29,914 nucleotides of DNA from a virus. Below, piece after piece: positions 1 to 7,496 of this stretch. The notes beneath the pieces were generated by a model that had not been told where the DNA came from, searched no databases, and saw only the letters and a program-made list of their open reading frames with translations. Numbering within the stretch: the stretch's first letter is position 1; every line of letters begins with the position of its first letter. A program made the translations under genes and the position numbers. Location: IMG/VR virus record IMGVR_UViG_3300045988_063342, positions 1 to 29,914 of that record; one strand, written 5' to 3'.

Positions 1-739
1 GCGGCCATATGGTCACGTCCTCTGCGGCCTTCAGTTCCGCGGCCTTCAGTTCCGCGGCCTTGGCCTCGCTCATCAGATAGCCGCCGCCGAAGATGGTCTT
101 CTTCACGGCCTTCTGCGAAGCGAGCCTAGCCGTGAATGCAACGTCCGAAGCCTTGACACGGAACTCGACCTGCTTGCCAATCTTCCCGAGCCTGCTCACG
201 GTAAGCAGTTCACGCGGATACGCGTATTTCGGCGGATGCCTGCGATGCTCTTTCCTGACGCGCTCCACGGTCTCGTCTATCGCATTGGCCAAGTCCGGCG
301 CGGTGCGGATCAGATCATCGCCGAAACTCGTCACGAAGCTGGTGTTGACCTGCGCGCCGTTCGCGTATTCGATGGTCGAATTCGTGACGATCATGTGCGC
401 TCCGTTGCGTGACGTGCTGGAGAAAATCGTGAGATACGGAGCGAACAAGAAGAACGGAATACCACGGTCGCGGTAGAACGTGCATATCTTCGCCAGAATC
501 GAGAACGGCGGATTATCCACGACCACCTTGCCGTCCGAATAGTCGAACCGTTCGTAGTCGCCGCCCGGGTAGAAGGGGCGCACAATCTTAGCCGGGTCGA
601 TACCGTATTCACTGCATGCCCAGTTCTTTATCGTCTCATACACTGCGGGGGGTGTATAGCAGTCGTCCGTGGTTTTCTTCGGCTTGAATTTCTCCACGAA
701 TCCGTCATAGTCTTCGAAGGTGAGTTGTCTTGATGTCAT
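1..739 (-). CDS. DNA N6-adenine methyltransferase, N-terminal 246 codons. The ORF leaves the window at base 1 and continues at 29859..29795 across the circular junction (267 aa in total).
   Basis: I translated this by hand because the ORF track omits it (no in-window stop). ATG at 739 follows GGAGGA. The frame is open down to base 1. Translation: MTSRQLTFEDYDGFVEKFKPKKTTDDCYTPPAVYETIKNW...GKVVVDNPPFSIL...FFLFAP. The D-NPPF motif is the catalytic motif IV of amino-methyltransferases. Confidence 0.7.
   Translation of the reverse strand, partial: MTSRQLTFEDYDGFVEKFKPKKTTDDCYTPPAVYETIKNWACSEYGIDPAKIVRPFYPGGDYERFDYSDGKVVVDNPPFSILAKICTFYRDRGIPFFLFAPYLTIFSSTSRNGAHMIVTNSTIEYANGAQVNTSFVTSFGDDLIRTAPDLANAIDETVERVRKEHRRHPPKYAYPRELLTVSRLGKIGKQVEFRVKASDVAFTARLASQKAVKKTIFGGGYLMSEAKAAELKAAELKAAEDVTIWP
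24..63. repeat. 15-bp tandem repeat gcggccttcagttcc, 2.6 copies, inside the methyltransferase CDS (encodes the KAAEL repeat)
   Basis: Copies at 24..38 and 39..53, with a partial copy at 54..63. The contig end falls inside this repeat. Confidence 0.9.
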
Positions 740-876
740 TCGTGTCCTCCTGTTTGACTTAAAAAAGTGATGCGGTAAAGCAGATACGAGCGGCAGTTAG
801 GACACTTGAGCATGAGGCGGATACTATGCTCCGTCTCGCCTAAAAACCTTCCGCACTTCTTGCACTTGATTTCCAT
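736..876 (-). CDS. com: Com-like zinc-ribbon protein (46 aa), Mu Com family
   Basis: Found by hand; it is below the ORF-track size cutoff. Sequence: MEIKCKKCGRFLGETEHSIRLMLKCPNCRSYLLYRITFLSQTGGHE. It has CxxC-x16-CxxC spacing and IxCKxC / LKCPxC contexts like Mu Com. The ATG lies 3 nt after the portal stop, and its TGA overlaps the methyltransferase ATG (ATGA). Confidence 0.65.
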   Translation of the reverse strand: MEIKCKKCGRFLGETEHSIRLMLKCPNCRSYLLYRITFLSQTGGHE

Positions 877-878
877 TT

Positions 879-3023
879 TCACGCCACCTCGTAAGTCTGC
901 GTGCACCGGCACCTAGGATGCGCCGCCGCCGTGGTCATGCTCACGTAATCATTGGTGAAGGTCTCACCGTCAATATCCACGGAATCACCCTCGTCCATGA
1001 AGCTTTCCGCGAGGCCTACCACCTTGCCGTTCATATGCTCGCAAAATGGGCACGGCTTCTGCTCACTGCCAGCGTCAAGACCGCTAGTGTGCCAGACCTT
1101 TTTCAAGGTCACACCGGTTTTCTTACTTAGATTCTGCGCACTGTAGAGATTTCCCAAGCGTTCAGCATTCCGCAGTTCGTTCCCGGCCAAGAGTTCGGCT
1201 CGGTCATCGTCAAGCAACCCGTACAACTGGTGCACAAGTTCCTTATAATCTAGCTTATCCTTGATGCCTTGCGCGATAATCTTGGCAATGCTCTTATTGG
1301 CTGTACCCGTCACAGCGGCCACAGTCTTGGTCAACTGCTTCCGGTACGCCTGCTCGAACGTTTCCGGCAGAGTCTCCCAGCCGACAAGTTGTGCAATCTG
1401 CGAGGGCGTCCAAGCGTCCAAAATCTTGGCAATGTCCGGGTTAGTCTTAGCCAATTCCTGCATGGCTTGAATAATCGTCTTGCCGGTAGCGTTGGCGTAT
1501 GCGATTATCTCAGGCTCGTACACCTCAAACAGGCCGTCCACGAGTTCTGCTTGAATCTCACCACTGTCCACTTCAGCCTTGGCGAAACTGTGTGCCGCTA
1601 GATTAAGGTCAATTAGGTCACGATAGTATTTGCGGACTAGCTTGGTCGCCTTGCTTACGGTTGATTCTTCCACGTCCGGTTTCACCGGTTCCGTCTTAAC
1701 TTCATCATCTTTCGAGGCCTGGATCTGCGGCACAATCTGCGGGACAACCGGTGTCTCATCCTTGTGGAACAGTGATGGGGTGGCCGGTTCCAATTCAAGC
1801 GCGTTATATTCATCAGGTAAGTGCAATGCCTTCACAGCGGTTTCCACGCTCGCCCCAGCATTGATAAGCTTGATAAGAGTATCAACCTGCACGGCTTGAG
1901 TATCGGCCTGAACTTTGCGCACATCCGTCTGCGCTGGAACATCCAAAGTGAAATTAATGCCGTAGCCGAGTCCGCCGGTAATGCGGTCAAGCTCGAACTG
2001 GAATTTGTCCCACACCGTCATGCACAACGGTTTCAGCGTGTTTTCAATGAATGCGCGTTCGGCCTGCTCCGCATTGGCATAGGTCTGCCCGTTATCGATA
2101 CCGCGCACAATATCCGGCACGGCCAAAGCGCTTGCAAGTCGATTGTTTACCACATCGTTAAGACTCGCCAAGTCAAGCGAATTATTAGCCTGCTGGAAAG
2201 GCACCCACACAAGTTTCCCCGTATCGGACGGTTTGCCACTCAGAGGGTCTACCGGAATCATGTTATAGACCACGCCATTATTTCGTCCGGCGCCCTGGAA
2301 CGCTTGCTCAAGCTGATTCTTGGTGCGGGTGAAATCGTCGGCGGTAGCGGACACAATGCCCATCATGCCAGCCGGGACAGCGCCGTTGGCGAAGAAGCCA
2401 CGCTCGTAATCCGCTATCATGTCATCGACGTTCGCCCACTTGCGGATGGTCTGCGCGGGACTTATGCCACGTGACGGGTCAAGAGGGTGAGCGGAATAGC
2501 TGAGCGCGATAGTCTCATTCCGGGTAAAAGTACGGGTCTCCAAACGTCCGTTAATGGTCATGGTGACGCGATGAGTCCAAGTCGTATGACTGCTATCCCA
2601 CTGTCTGCTATCTTGTGGCAGGAACGTATAGCCCGCGATATTGTCCGCAGTAATTTCGCCGCCAGGCTGAATATATCCGCCTTGATTCGTCCACACCAAA
2701 ATATCAAGATGCGACTGGGTGAGAATGCTATTGGCAATGAATTTCAGGAATTCAAGGCAAGAGAATTGGTCATTAGGCGCGTACAATGCTTTAAGCGCCG
2801 GTGGTGCCGGGTTGATACGCTCGCCCTGAGCGTCCACCGCATAAGGGACGATAGTGGCGAAACGTCCCGCAATCGCGTTGGAATATGGGAAAATCTGCGC
2901 GTACGCATCATACGGTGGAATCACTTGCGTTCCACTGCCGCTAACCCTAGTCCATCCTTCAGTCAATGCTGGGGACGTTGGGCGCGTGAAGAAACTTCTG
3001 ATTTTATATCCGAGTTTAGACAA
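879..3023 (-). CDS. Portal protein fused to a MuF/SPP1 gp7-like minor head protein domain (714 aa)
   Basis: It sits directly downstream of terL. The N-terminal ~440 aa are portal-like, followed by an acidic/Pro linker (PQIVPQIQASKDDEVKTEPVKPDVEE). The C-terminus carries the MuF hallmark WHTSGLDAG..KPCPFCEHMNGKVV...AAHPRCRCTQTYE. TTG start at 3023 is preceded by GAAAGACGG. Confidence 0.75.
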   Translation of the reverse strand: MSKLGYKIRSFFTRPTSPALTEGWTRVSGSGTQVIPPYDAYAQIFPYSNAIAGRFATIVPYAVDAQGERINPAPPALKALYAPNDQFSCLEFLKFIANSILTQSHLDILVWTNQGGYIQPGGEITADNIAGYTFLPQDSRQWDSSHTTWTHRVTMTINGRLETRTFTRNETIALSYSAHPLDPSRGISPAQTIRKWANVDDMIADYERGFFANGAVPAGMMGIVSATADDFTRTKNQLEQAFQGAGRNNGVVYNMIPVDPLSGKPSDTGKLVWVPFQQANNSLDLASLNDVVNNRLASALAVPDIVRGIDNGQTYANAEQAERAFIENTLKPLCMTVWDKFQFELDRITGGLGYGINFTLDVPAQTDVRKVQADTQAVQVDTLIKLINAGASVETAVKALHLPDEYNALELEPATPSLFHKDETPVVPQIVPQIQASKDDEVKTEPVKPDVEESTVSKATKLVRKYYRDLIDLNLAAHSFAKAEVDSGEIQAELVDGLFEVYEPEIIAYANATGKTIIQAMQELAKTNPDIAKILDAWTPSQIAQLVGWETLPETFEQAYRKQLTKTVAAVTGTANKSIAKIIAQGIKDKLDYKELVHQLYGLLDDDRAELLAGNELRNAERLGNLYSAQNLSKKTGVTLKKVWHTSGLDAGSEQKPCPFCEHMNGKVVGLAESFMDEGDSVDIDGETFTNDYVSMTTAAAHPRCRCTQTYEVA

Positions 3024-3076
3024 TGTTACCGTCTTTCAATAGGCTTATTGATAACGGTTCCCATTATACTAGGAAA

Positions 3077-3099
3077 GCCCCCGCAATCACTGCGAGGGC
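3077..3099 (-). terminator. GC hairpin after terL, a possible attenuator
   Basis: gcccccgca/tgcgagggc pairs at 8 of 9 positions with a 5-nt loop. On the minus strand it is followed by TTTCCT and then TATAAT. The U-tract is weak. Confidence 0.25.
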
Positions 3100-3157
3100 G
3101 TATCCCAGTCAACCAACCGCCGGCAAAGAAAAAGGACCAAAGCTTTACCGGCATTCT

Positions 3158-4435
3158 CTATAATACCTCAACATCCCAACTAGTCAACTTAACCGGCGTG
3201 TACACACTCAACAGTGTAGCGTCCGCAAGGTCAGGCGAACCCATATTATTAGCCGCCTTGTAATCCGCTTTCGCTTGCACCTGACGTTGGTTCTTCGTGG
3301 TGAGTTTCCACTCGCGCGTGCTCAATTCCTCGAACAAAGCGTTTTTCTCTGGGAGTGTTTGTAGGAAATGAAGCTCACCGGAAACGATTCTCTCCGCGAA
3401 AGTAAACCACATCTCACTATTAACGTTGGGATATTTCGCATTGTCTTTGGCACGTGACGCGGAATTAATCGGCTGGACGGGCAACCCATCCGCAATAAGC
3501 ATGTCGGTCAGGCCACCGCCAACACCGCAATCATCAATATTAATGGCGACTGGATTGTATCGGTCTGCCAGTTGTCTAATGGTCTGCGCCGAGTCAGTTA
3601 GTCGCGTGTGGTTCCAGCTAATTAAATCTATGATGGTGCCGCCCTTGTTGACTGCTACTGCTGTCCGGTCTGCTCCCAGTCGTGCGACGTCAACGCCGAA
3701 GGTTATGCCACCGTCAGGCATGATGGTGGTTTCAGCCGACTGCAATTGTTGCCACGACATAATGCGATTAAGCACGTTATCGGTCGGTTTGCCCTCCCAG
3801 ATGTGCGCGAAGTCGGGAGACCCTTTAGCCTCTTGGACTTGTTGCAATACTTCCCGCGGTAGTAGTCCGGCCTTGAGCGCTGTACGGTAGGTGACGTGCT
3901 TATGGATGGTTCGCGCCTTGACTTGTTCGTTCGCATTCCACACGAAGCGTTGCATGACCTCGTCTTTAGGGGTCAGCGGGTTCATGGCGAAAATAATCGT
4001 ACTGTTTTCCTTGCGGATAGTCGGCAGAAGAATGTCCAGCGAGTGCTTCGAGATGAATTGCGCTTCATCGATGAAACACACGTCAATACCTTCCAAACCT
4101 TTAACGGTGGTTTCGGGGTCATTATGCAAGCCCTTGAACACGAAACTGGTGCCATTTTCATGCTCTATGGAGTCTTTTGTAATACTGTATCCGCCAAGGT
4201 TAAGCAGTTGTATCGAGTCCTCTAGACTCTTCTTCACTGATTCATTAATCGAGTTTTGAAACTCACGCGCACATAGAACACGGATAGGCTTGACTGCGCC
4301 ACGCAATACTAACGACTGGCATATGGTAGTGGTTTTGCCTGAACTACGGCCACCCTCGAACACGTAATAGCGTGCTGGCGGGGCGGGCGAGTGAGTCCAC
4401 CAGAAAAGGCTAGCGTAAGCGTCTGGAATCTTCAT
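3158..4435 (-). CDS. terL: Terminase large subunit
   Basis: Walker A (FEGGRSSGKTT), Walker B-like (VCFIDEAQ) and a C-terminal nuclease-like region (GVDVARLGADRTA ... NIDDCGVGGG). It lies upstream of the portal gene. Confidence 0.9.
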   Translation of the reverse strand: MKIPDAYASLFWWTHSPAPPARYYVFEGGRSSGKTTTICQSLVLRGAVKPIRVLCAREFQNSINESVKKSLEDSIQLLNLGGYSITKDSIEHENGTSFVFKGLHNDPETTVKGLEGIDVCFIDEAQFISKHSLDILLPTIRKENSTIIFAMNPLTPKDEVMQRFVWNANEQVKARTIHKHVTYRTALKAGLLPREVLQQVQEAKGSPDFAHIWEGKPTDNVLNRIMSWQQLQSAETTIMPDGGITFGVDVARLGADRTAVAVNKGGTIIDLISWNHTRLTDSAQTIRQLADRYNPVAINIDDCGVGGGLTDMLIADGLPVQPINSASRAKDNAKYPNVNSEMWFTFAERIVSGELHFLQTLPEKNALFEELSTREWKLTTKNQRQVQAKADYKAANNMGSPDLADATLLSVYTPVKLTSWDVEVL

Positions 4436-4466
4436 ATAACGTATTCTAGTAATTGATATGGAAACG

Positions 4467-4492
4467 CCCCTCTAGTCGCGCGATTAGAGGGG
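4467..4492. other. Near-perfect 13-bp-arm palindrome/hairpin, 32 nt upstream of the terL start
   Basis: cccctctagtcgc / gcgattagagggg with one G:T position. The plus strand continues GATTTTACTTT and the minus strand continues CGTTTCC. Confidence 0.4.
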
Positions 4493-4629
4493 CTGTGATT
4501 TTACTTTACATGCCATGAGATTATCACACGCAGAAGTTGCAATCTCATGCCAGCCAGTGCTTCAGACTGGGAGCATTTCGGCGCATTCCATTATCGCTCA
4601 TGCCAATAATGTTCATAGGCGCTCAGCTC

Positions 4630-4702
4630 GGGGGCTGACGGGATTCGAACCCGCGACATACGCTAACCGAAGCTAGCCGTTCTACCACTGAACTACAGCC
4701 CT
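4630..4702 (-). tRNA. tRNA with a non-canonical anticodon arm, tentatively Arg(UCG); possibly a pseudo-tRNA or specialised tRNA
   Basis: Hand-folded cloverleaf: acceptor AGGGCUG/CAGCCCC (A1.C72 mismatch), D arm GUUC-AGUGGUA-GAAC, T arm GCGGG-UUCGAAU-CCCGU. The anticodon arm GCUA-GCUUCGGU-UAGC gives a 4-bp stem with an 8-nt loop, or 5 bp with a 6-nt loop. The CU-UCG-G core suggests anticodon UCG. Confidence 0.6.
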
Positions 4703-4756
4703 ACCACCTGCTAGGCAGATGGAACGCGGCAGACACCTGACCTCTACCGCGTCTCG

Positions 4757-4828
4757 CTTCCCCGTCTGGACTCGAACCAAAACAGGCAGTTCCAAAGACT
4801 GCCGTGCTACCCATTACACCACGGGAAA
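4757..4828 (-). tRNA. tRNA-Gln (anticodon UUG)
   Basis: Hand fold: acceptor UUUCCCG/CGGGGAA, D arm GUGU-AAUGGGUA-GCAC, anticodon arm GCAGU-CUUUGGA-ACUGC, T arm UUUGG-UUCGAGU-CCAGA. No CCA is encoded. Confidence 0.8.
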
Positions 4829-4888
4829 ATTGGTTGGCTTGGATATTAGCGCGTTACCGCCGCATCCTATCGACCGCCAACCGTTGAG

Positions 4889-4973
4889 CGGAACGTGAGG
4901 GATTCGAACCCCCGAACCGTTGCCAGTTAGCACCTTAGCAGGGTGCCCGCTTAAACCACTCGCGCAACGTTCC
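4889..4973 (-). tRNA. tRNA-Ser (anticodon GCU), type II with a long variable arm
   Basis: Hand fold: acceptor GGAACGU/ACGUUCC, anticodon arm GCACC-CUGCUAA-GGUGC, long variable arm, T arm GGGGG-UUCGAAU-CCCUC. Confidence 0.8.
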
Positions 4974-5057
4974 AGCCCCGTCTAGAACGGAACAAAAGAA
5001 AACCTAGACGGGAATTAAATTATATATAGATGGACGTCAATCATGTTGACAAGAAAT

Positions 5058-5086
5058 AATATACATTGTATTGCGCGATAATGCAA
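5058..5086 (-). promoter_or_regulatory. Candidate sigma70-type promoter driving the tRNAs and terL
   Basis: The minus strand reads TTGCAT (5086..5081), a 17-nt spacer, then TATATT (5063..5058). It lies in an AT-rich gap upstream of tRNA-Ser. Confidence 0.4.
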
Positions 5087-5105
5087 CTCAGCGTGTCGCA
5101 AAAAA

Positions 5106-5384
5106 TCAGCTGATATAACGGCGCCTGGAATCTTTCTCCCTCCATATCATGTACAGACGGAGTATATACGCCTTTTGGCTACGCGGGTATGCTTTCATCA
5201 ATCCAGACCGCACACCATTGATATTGCGTCTCACCATACTGACAGTCTTCGAGCCGCGCGTAAGCCGCCAATTATCCCACAGGAACCGGCCAAAACGAAC
5301 CGTGGCATAGCTCATGTCTTCCGCTGGATGCTGGACGAATTCAAGCCATTCCCGCACAGTCCAAAAATCATTCTTCATCTTCAT
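5106..5384 (-). CDS. Hypothetical protein (92 aa; alternative start at 5378)
   Basis: The ORF overlaps the terS stop. AAGGG lies 8 nt upstream of the ATG at 5378. The longer 123-aa version lies inside terS and was rejected. Confidence 0.5.
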   Translation of the reverse strand: MKMKNDFWTVREWLEFVQHPAEDMSYATVRFGRFLWDNWRLTRGSKTVSMVRRNINGVRSGLMKAYPRSQKAYILRLYMIWREKDSRRRYIS

Positions 5385-5742
5385 CGCCCTTGACAAACTC
5401 AATATTGATTGTGGGTGGCACGTATCCGTTAACCGTCTGTTCGACCGGTTGCAAAGCCTTGCCGTCAACACGGTCAACAGTATCTACAAGCTTCTTCCAT
5501 CCTTCCTTTTTCTGCATGTCCAGCACTGTCTGCAAGGCGGCGCGCTGGAATTGCGTAAGCTCCCCGCCCTTAGCCTGCAATATGACCTCTTGCAGTTCAA
5601 TGTCGGTCATGCGGCCATACTTATTGACATTGTACGTATAACTGTCTTCCTTGCGCCACCTACCATGACACGCGTTCTCGGGATGGTCTCCGAAACCGCC
5701 CTTGCCGGTCGGATTGTTGACCATTCCTTTCTTAACACCCAT
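5368..5742 (-). CDS. terS: Putative terminase small subunit (124 aa)
   Basis: The N-terminus MGVKKGMVNNPTGKGGFGDHPEN resembles the NPxGxGG motif of several small terminases. RBS GGAGA lies 9 nt upstream of the ATG at 5742. It sits in the packaging module upstream of terL. Confidence 0.55.
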   Translation of the reverse strand: MGVKKGMVNNPTGKGGFGDHPENACHGRWRKEDSYTYNVNKYGRMTDIELQEVILQAKGGELTQFQRAALQTVLDMQKKEGWKKLVDTVDRVDGKALQPVEQTVNGYVPPTINIEFVKGDEDEE

Positions 5743-5887
5743 CGTCAAAGTTCTCCAATTCCATTTGCACACTATGCGACTTACGGAATTCCACAATCAT
5801 GCGTTTTATTTCAGGGTCATTCAAATCAATCGGCGTCGAATTATGAGGAATACTAAACGCTTCCAACTGCTTCCACGTCAAGCTCAT
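5732..5887 (-). CDS. Hypothetical small protein (51 aa)
   Basis: Found by hand: MSLTWKQLEAFSIPHNSTPIDLNDPEIKRMIVEFRKSHSVQMELENFDDGC. Its start overlaps the upstream stop (ATGA) and its stop overlaps the terS start region. Confidence 0.45.
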   Translation of the reverse strand: MSLTWKQLEAFSIPHNSTPIDLNDPEIKRMIVEFRKSHSVQMELENFDDGC

Positions 5888-6021
5888 AAGCCTAACACCT
5901 TTAAAATGAGTCGAACCAGCATGACACAGGCAAGAAGCATCACCAACGCAAAATCCACCAGCACTAGCACGGCCGCGATACTGCCAATGATATGGCCGAT
6001 ATTATGCTTAATCTTCCTCAT
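5884..6021 (-). CDS. Small membrane protein (45 aa)
   Basis: Found by hand: MRKIKHNIGHIIGSIAAVLVLVDFALVMLLACVMLVRLILKVLGL. GAAGGG lies 7 nt upstream. It overlaps the rusA 3' end. Confidence 0.45.
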   Translation of the reverse strand: MRKIKHNIGHIIGSIAAVLVLVDFALVMLLACVMLVRLILKVLGL

Positions 6022-6433
6022 GTGCTAACCCTTCCACTGTGATATGCGCGCCAACATGGATACCGGACGAGTAGATTTTTGTTGCCCCCAAGTCAACCAC
6101 CTGACTATCATCCACCCACACTCCCGCATCGGTCAAGGCGTCCAATACGGCACGGCACAGCTTGTCAATGTCCGGCGGGACGGTAGGCATATGACGTTTC
6201 ACGGTTTTGGGGCGCGGCATGAGAAAAGTGATACGCACCGACACGGGCACGTCCCTGGCGAACTGCGTGAACTTTTCCCGAGCCATCGCAATACGCGCAT
6301 TATCAGCCACTAGACCACGCCATGGCTTCTCCCTTTTGCTCATGGGGATGGCGTGCCCCCGCACGAACCGGTAGCTACCCTTGGGTGCGGGAGTCATGCC
6401 ATACGCATTAAACGTCAGCGTTTTGGTTTTCAA
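6008..6433 (-). CDS. rusA: RusA-family Holliday junction resolvase
   Basis: PPDIDKLCRAVLDALTDAGVWVDDSQV matches the RusA catalytic Asp motif region. The TTG start overlaps the ssb stop. Confidence 0.8.
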   Translation of the reverse strand: MKTKTLTFNAYGMTPAPKGSYRFVRGHAIPMSKREKPWRGLVADNARIAMAREKFTQFARDVPVSVRITFLMPRPKTVKRHMPTVPPDIDKLCRAVLDALTDAGVWVDDSQVVDLGATKIYSSGIHVGAHITVEGLAHEED

Positions 6434-6861
6434 AATGCTGTGTCACCCCAAGCGTCACTATTCCCAAAATCGTCGAAATTGGCCGGGCTATTAGGTGCCT
6501 GCTGTTGCTGGGTCTTCGGCGGACGGGGCGGGTACACGGTAAGCTTGGGGAATCGAGCATCGAAATACACTCGTGGTTGCCCGTTCTGGTCGGTACCGCA
6601 AGAGTATGTGAAAGCGGTTTCCAAACGCACCTCGCTGCCCTTGTGCAAGACTTTTTGCAAGGCTTGCACGCGGTTGACGTCCCATTCCGTGCAGCGAATG
6701 AAAATCTGGCAGTCGTCCACATACTGGCCTGTCTGCTTATCCTTATGGCTACCGTTACCGGCCACGGTGAATTGAAGAATCTGCTTACCTGTCTTAGTTG
6801 TCTTCATTTCAGGGTCGCCGGTGAGTCGTCCGTGTTCAATCAGCATAATAGGGTCGTTCAT
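6430..6861 (-). CDS. ssb: Single-stranded DNA-binding protein
   Basis: OB-fold-like N-terminus (GRLTGDPEMKTTKTGKQILQFTVA), a Gln/Pro-rich linker and an acidic aromatic tail (DDFGNSDAWGDTAF). Confidence 0.75.
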   Translation of the reverse strand: MNDPIMLIEHGRLTGDPEMKTTKTGKQILQFTVAGNGSHKDKQTGQYVDDCQIFIRCTEWDVNRVQALQKVLHKGSEVRLETAFTYSCGTDQNGQPRVYFDARFPKLTVYPPRPPKTQQQQAPNSPANFDDFGNSDAWGDTAF

Positions 6862-7181
6862 TTGTTTTGCTCCAATCTTTTCGAACGCTTATATTCGCGT
6901 ATCTGCGCTAAGCGTTCCTCGTATTTCCTGGGATATTCTTTTTTGATTCGCGCGTATTGTTCGCGTTCATGCAGTAACCGTTCCTCGCGGTGGGCTTGAT
7001 AGTAGCGGCGTTTACGTGCACGTTCAAGCTCTCGCTGGTGGGCGGTTAGTGGACGTTTGCGTTTAGGTTTCCGGAATGCCTCTATCTGCTCTTGCAGTGG
7101 GGTAAGGTCGTAGTCCTGCATCTGGGTGATGTGCGCTTTCAACGCGCATTCAATTTCCCCTTCAGCGGTTAACCTACTCAC
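6858..7181 (-). CDS. Hypothetical, highly basic Arg/Lys/Glu-rich protein
   Basis: 107-aa ORF, start/stop-coupled on both sides. Confidence 0.55.
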   Translation of the reverse strand: MSRLTAEGEIECALKAHITQMQDYDLTPLQEQIEAFRKPKRKRPLTAHQRELERARKRRYYQAHREERLLHEREQYARIKKEYPRKYEERLAQIREYKRSKRLEQNK

Positions 7182-7355
7182 TTACTCCGCCTTAAATACA
7201 GCTCGGTCTTTAGCCTCTATGGCTTCGACCGGGATACGGTAGTCCCTTTTAACCTTGATTGCGGGAATTTCACCGTCTTTGATAAGGCTGCGGACGGTTT
7301 GCGCTGTTACTGCGTAATGTTCGGCGACTTGTCGCACTGTGTAATATTTCGTCAT
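7182..7355 (-). CDS. Excisionase/MerR-family HTH DNA-binding protein (57 aa)
   Basis: MTKYYTVRQVAEHYAVTAQTVRSLIKDGEIPAIKVKRDYRIP is the typical excisionase-family HTH. I preferred the internal ATG at 7355 because the 94-aa version reads through the repeat array and promoter. Confidence 0.65.
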   Translation of the reverse strand: MTKYYTVRQVAEHYAVTAQTVRSLIKDGEIPAIKVKRDYRIPVEAIEAKDRAVFKAE

Positions 7356-7362
7356 ATCCCAT

Positions 7363-7391
7363 AGCATACACGGCATTTCGACAAATTGCAA
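7363..7391 (-). promoter_or_regulatory. Leftward promoter, probably giving a leaderless mRNA
   Basis: The minus strand reads TTGCAA (7391..7386), a 17-nt spacer, then TATGCT (7368..7363). The ATG at 7355 starts 8 nt after the -10. Confidence 0.45.
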
Positions 7392-7428
7392 CCATATCGC
7401 AAAAGTATGGGAAATATCGCTCATATGT

Positions 7429-7494
7429 CTACCCTGCACCACATGCAGTACTACCCTGCACCACATGCAGTACTACCCTGCACCACATGCAGGG
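7429..7494. repeat. Three tandem 22-bp repeats, each with an internal palindrome CTGCA-N5-TGCAG
   Basis: ctaccctgcaccacatgcagta occurs at 7429..7450 and 7451..7472. The copy at 7473..7494 ends in gg. Confidence 0.95.
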
Positions 7495-7496
7495 AT

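Noticed and set aside
1-55. The 55-bp identical ends as physical direct terminal repeats of the virion DNA
   Set aside because: The length equals a common assembler k-mer, the ends fall inside a coding tandem repeat, and a gene reads through the junction. This is more simply explained as circular-assembly redundancy. Read-terminus analysis is needed to define the real ends.
1821-3263. Plus-strand ORFs of 217 and 258 aa
   Set aside because: They are antisense to the portal-MuF and terL genes and cross the intergenic gap. They are shadow ORFs.
4500-4629. A fourth tRNA or a small ORF (23 codons, MNIIGMSDNG...) in the tRNA-terL spacer
   Set aside because: There is no T-arm (GGTTCGAAT-like) or cloverleaf. 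The mini-ORF has no RBS and no coupling to neighbours.
5385-5477. The 123-aa version of the ORF downstream of terS
   Set aside because: Its first 31 codons lie inside terS in another frame with no RBS. The internal starts at 5384 and 5378 sit at the terS stop, with AAGGG upstream.
7182-7355. The excisionase-family protein as evidence of a temperate lifestyle
   Set aside because: No integrase, attP-like site or repressor is detectable. This HTH fold is widely used by plain transcription regulators.
7356-7466. The long 94-aa version of the HTH ORF, starting at 7466
   Set aside because: The extension reads through the predicted promoter and into the repeat array and gives an implausible N-terminus. 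The HTH domain begins exactly at the internal Met (7355).
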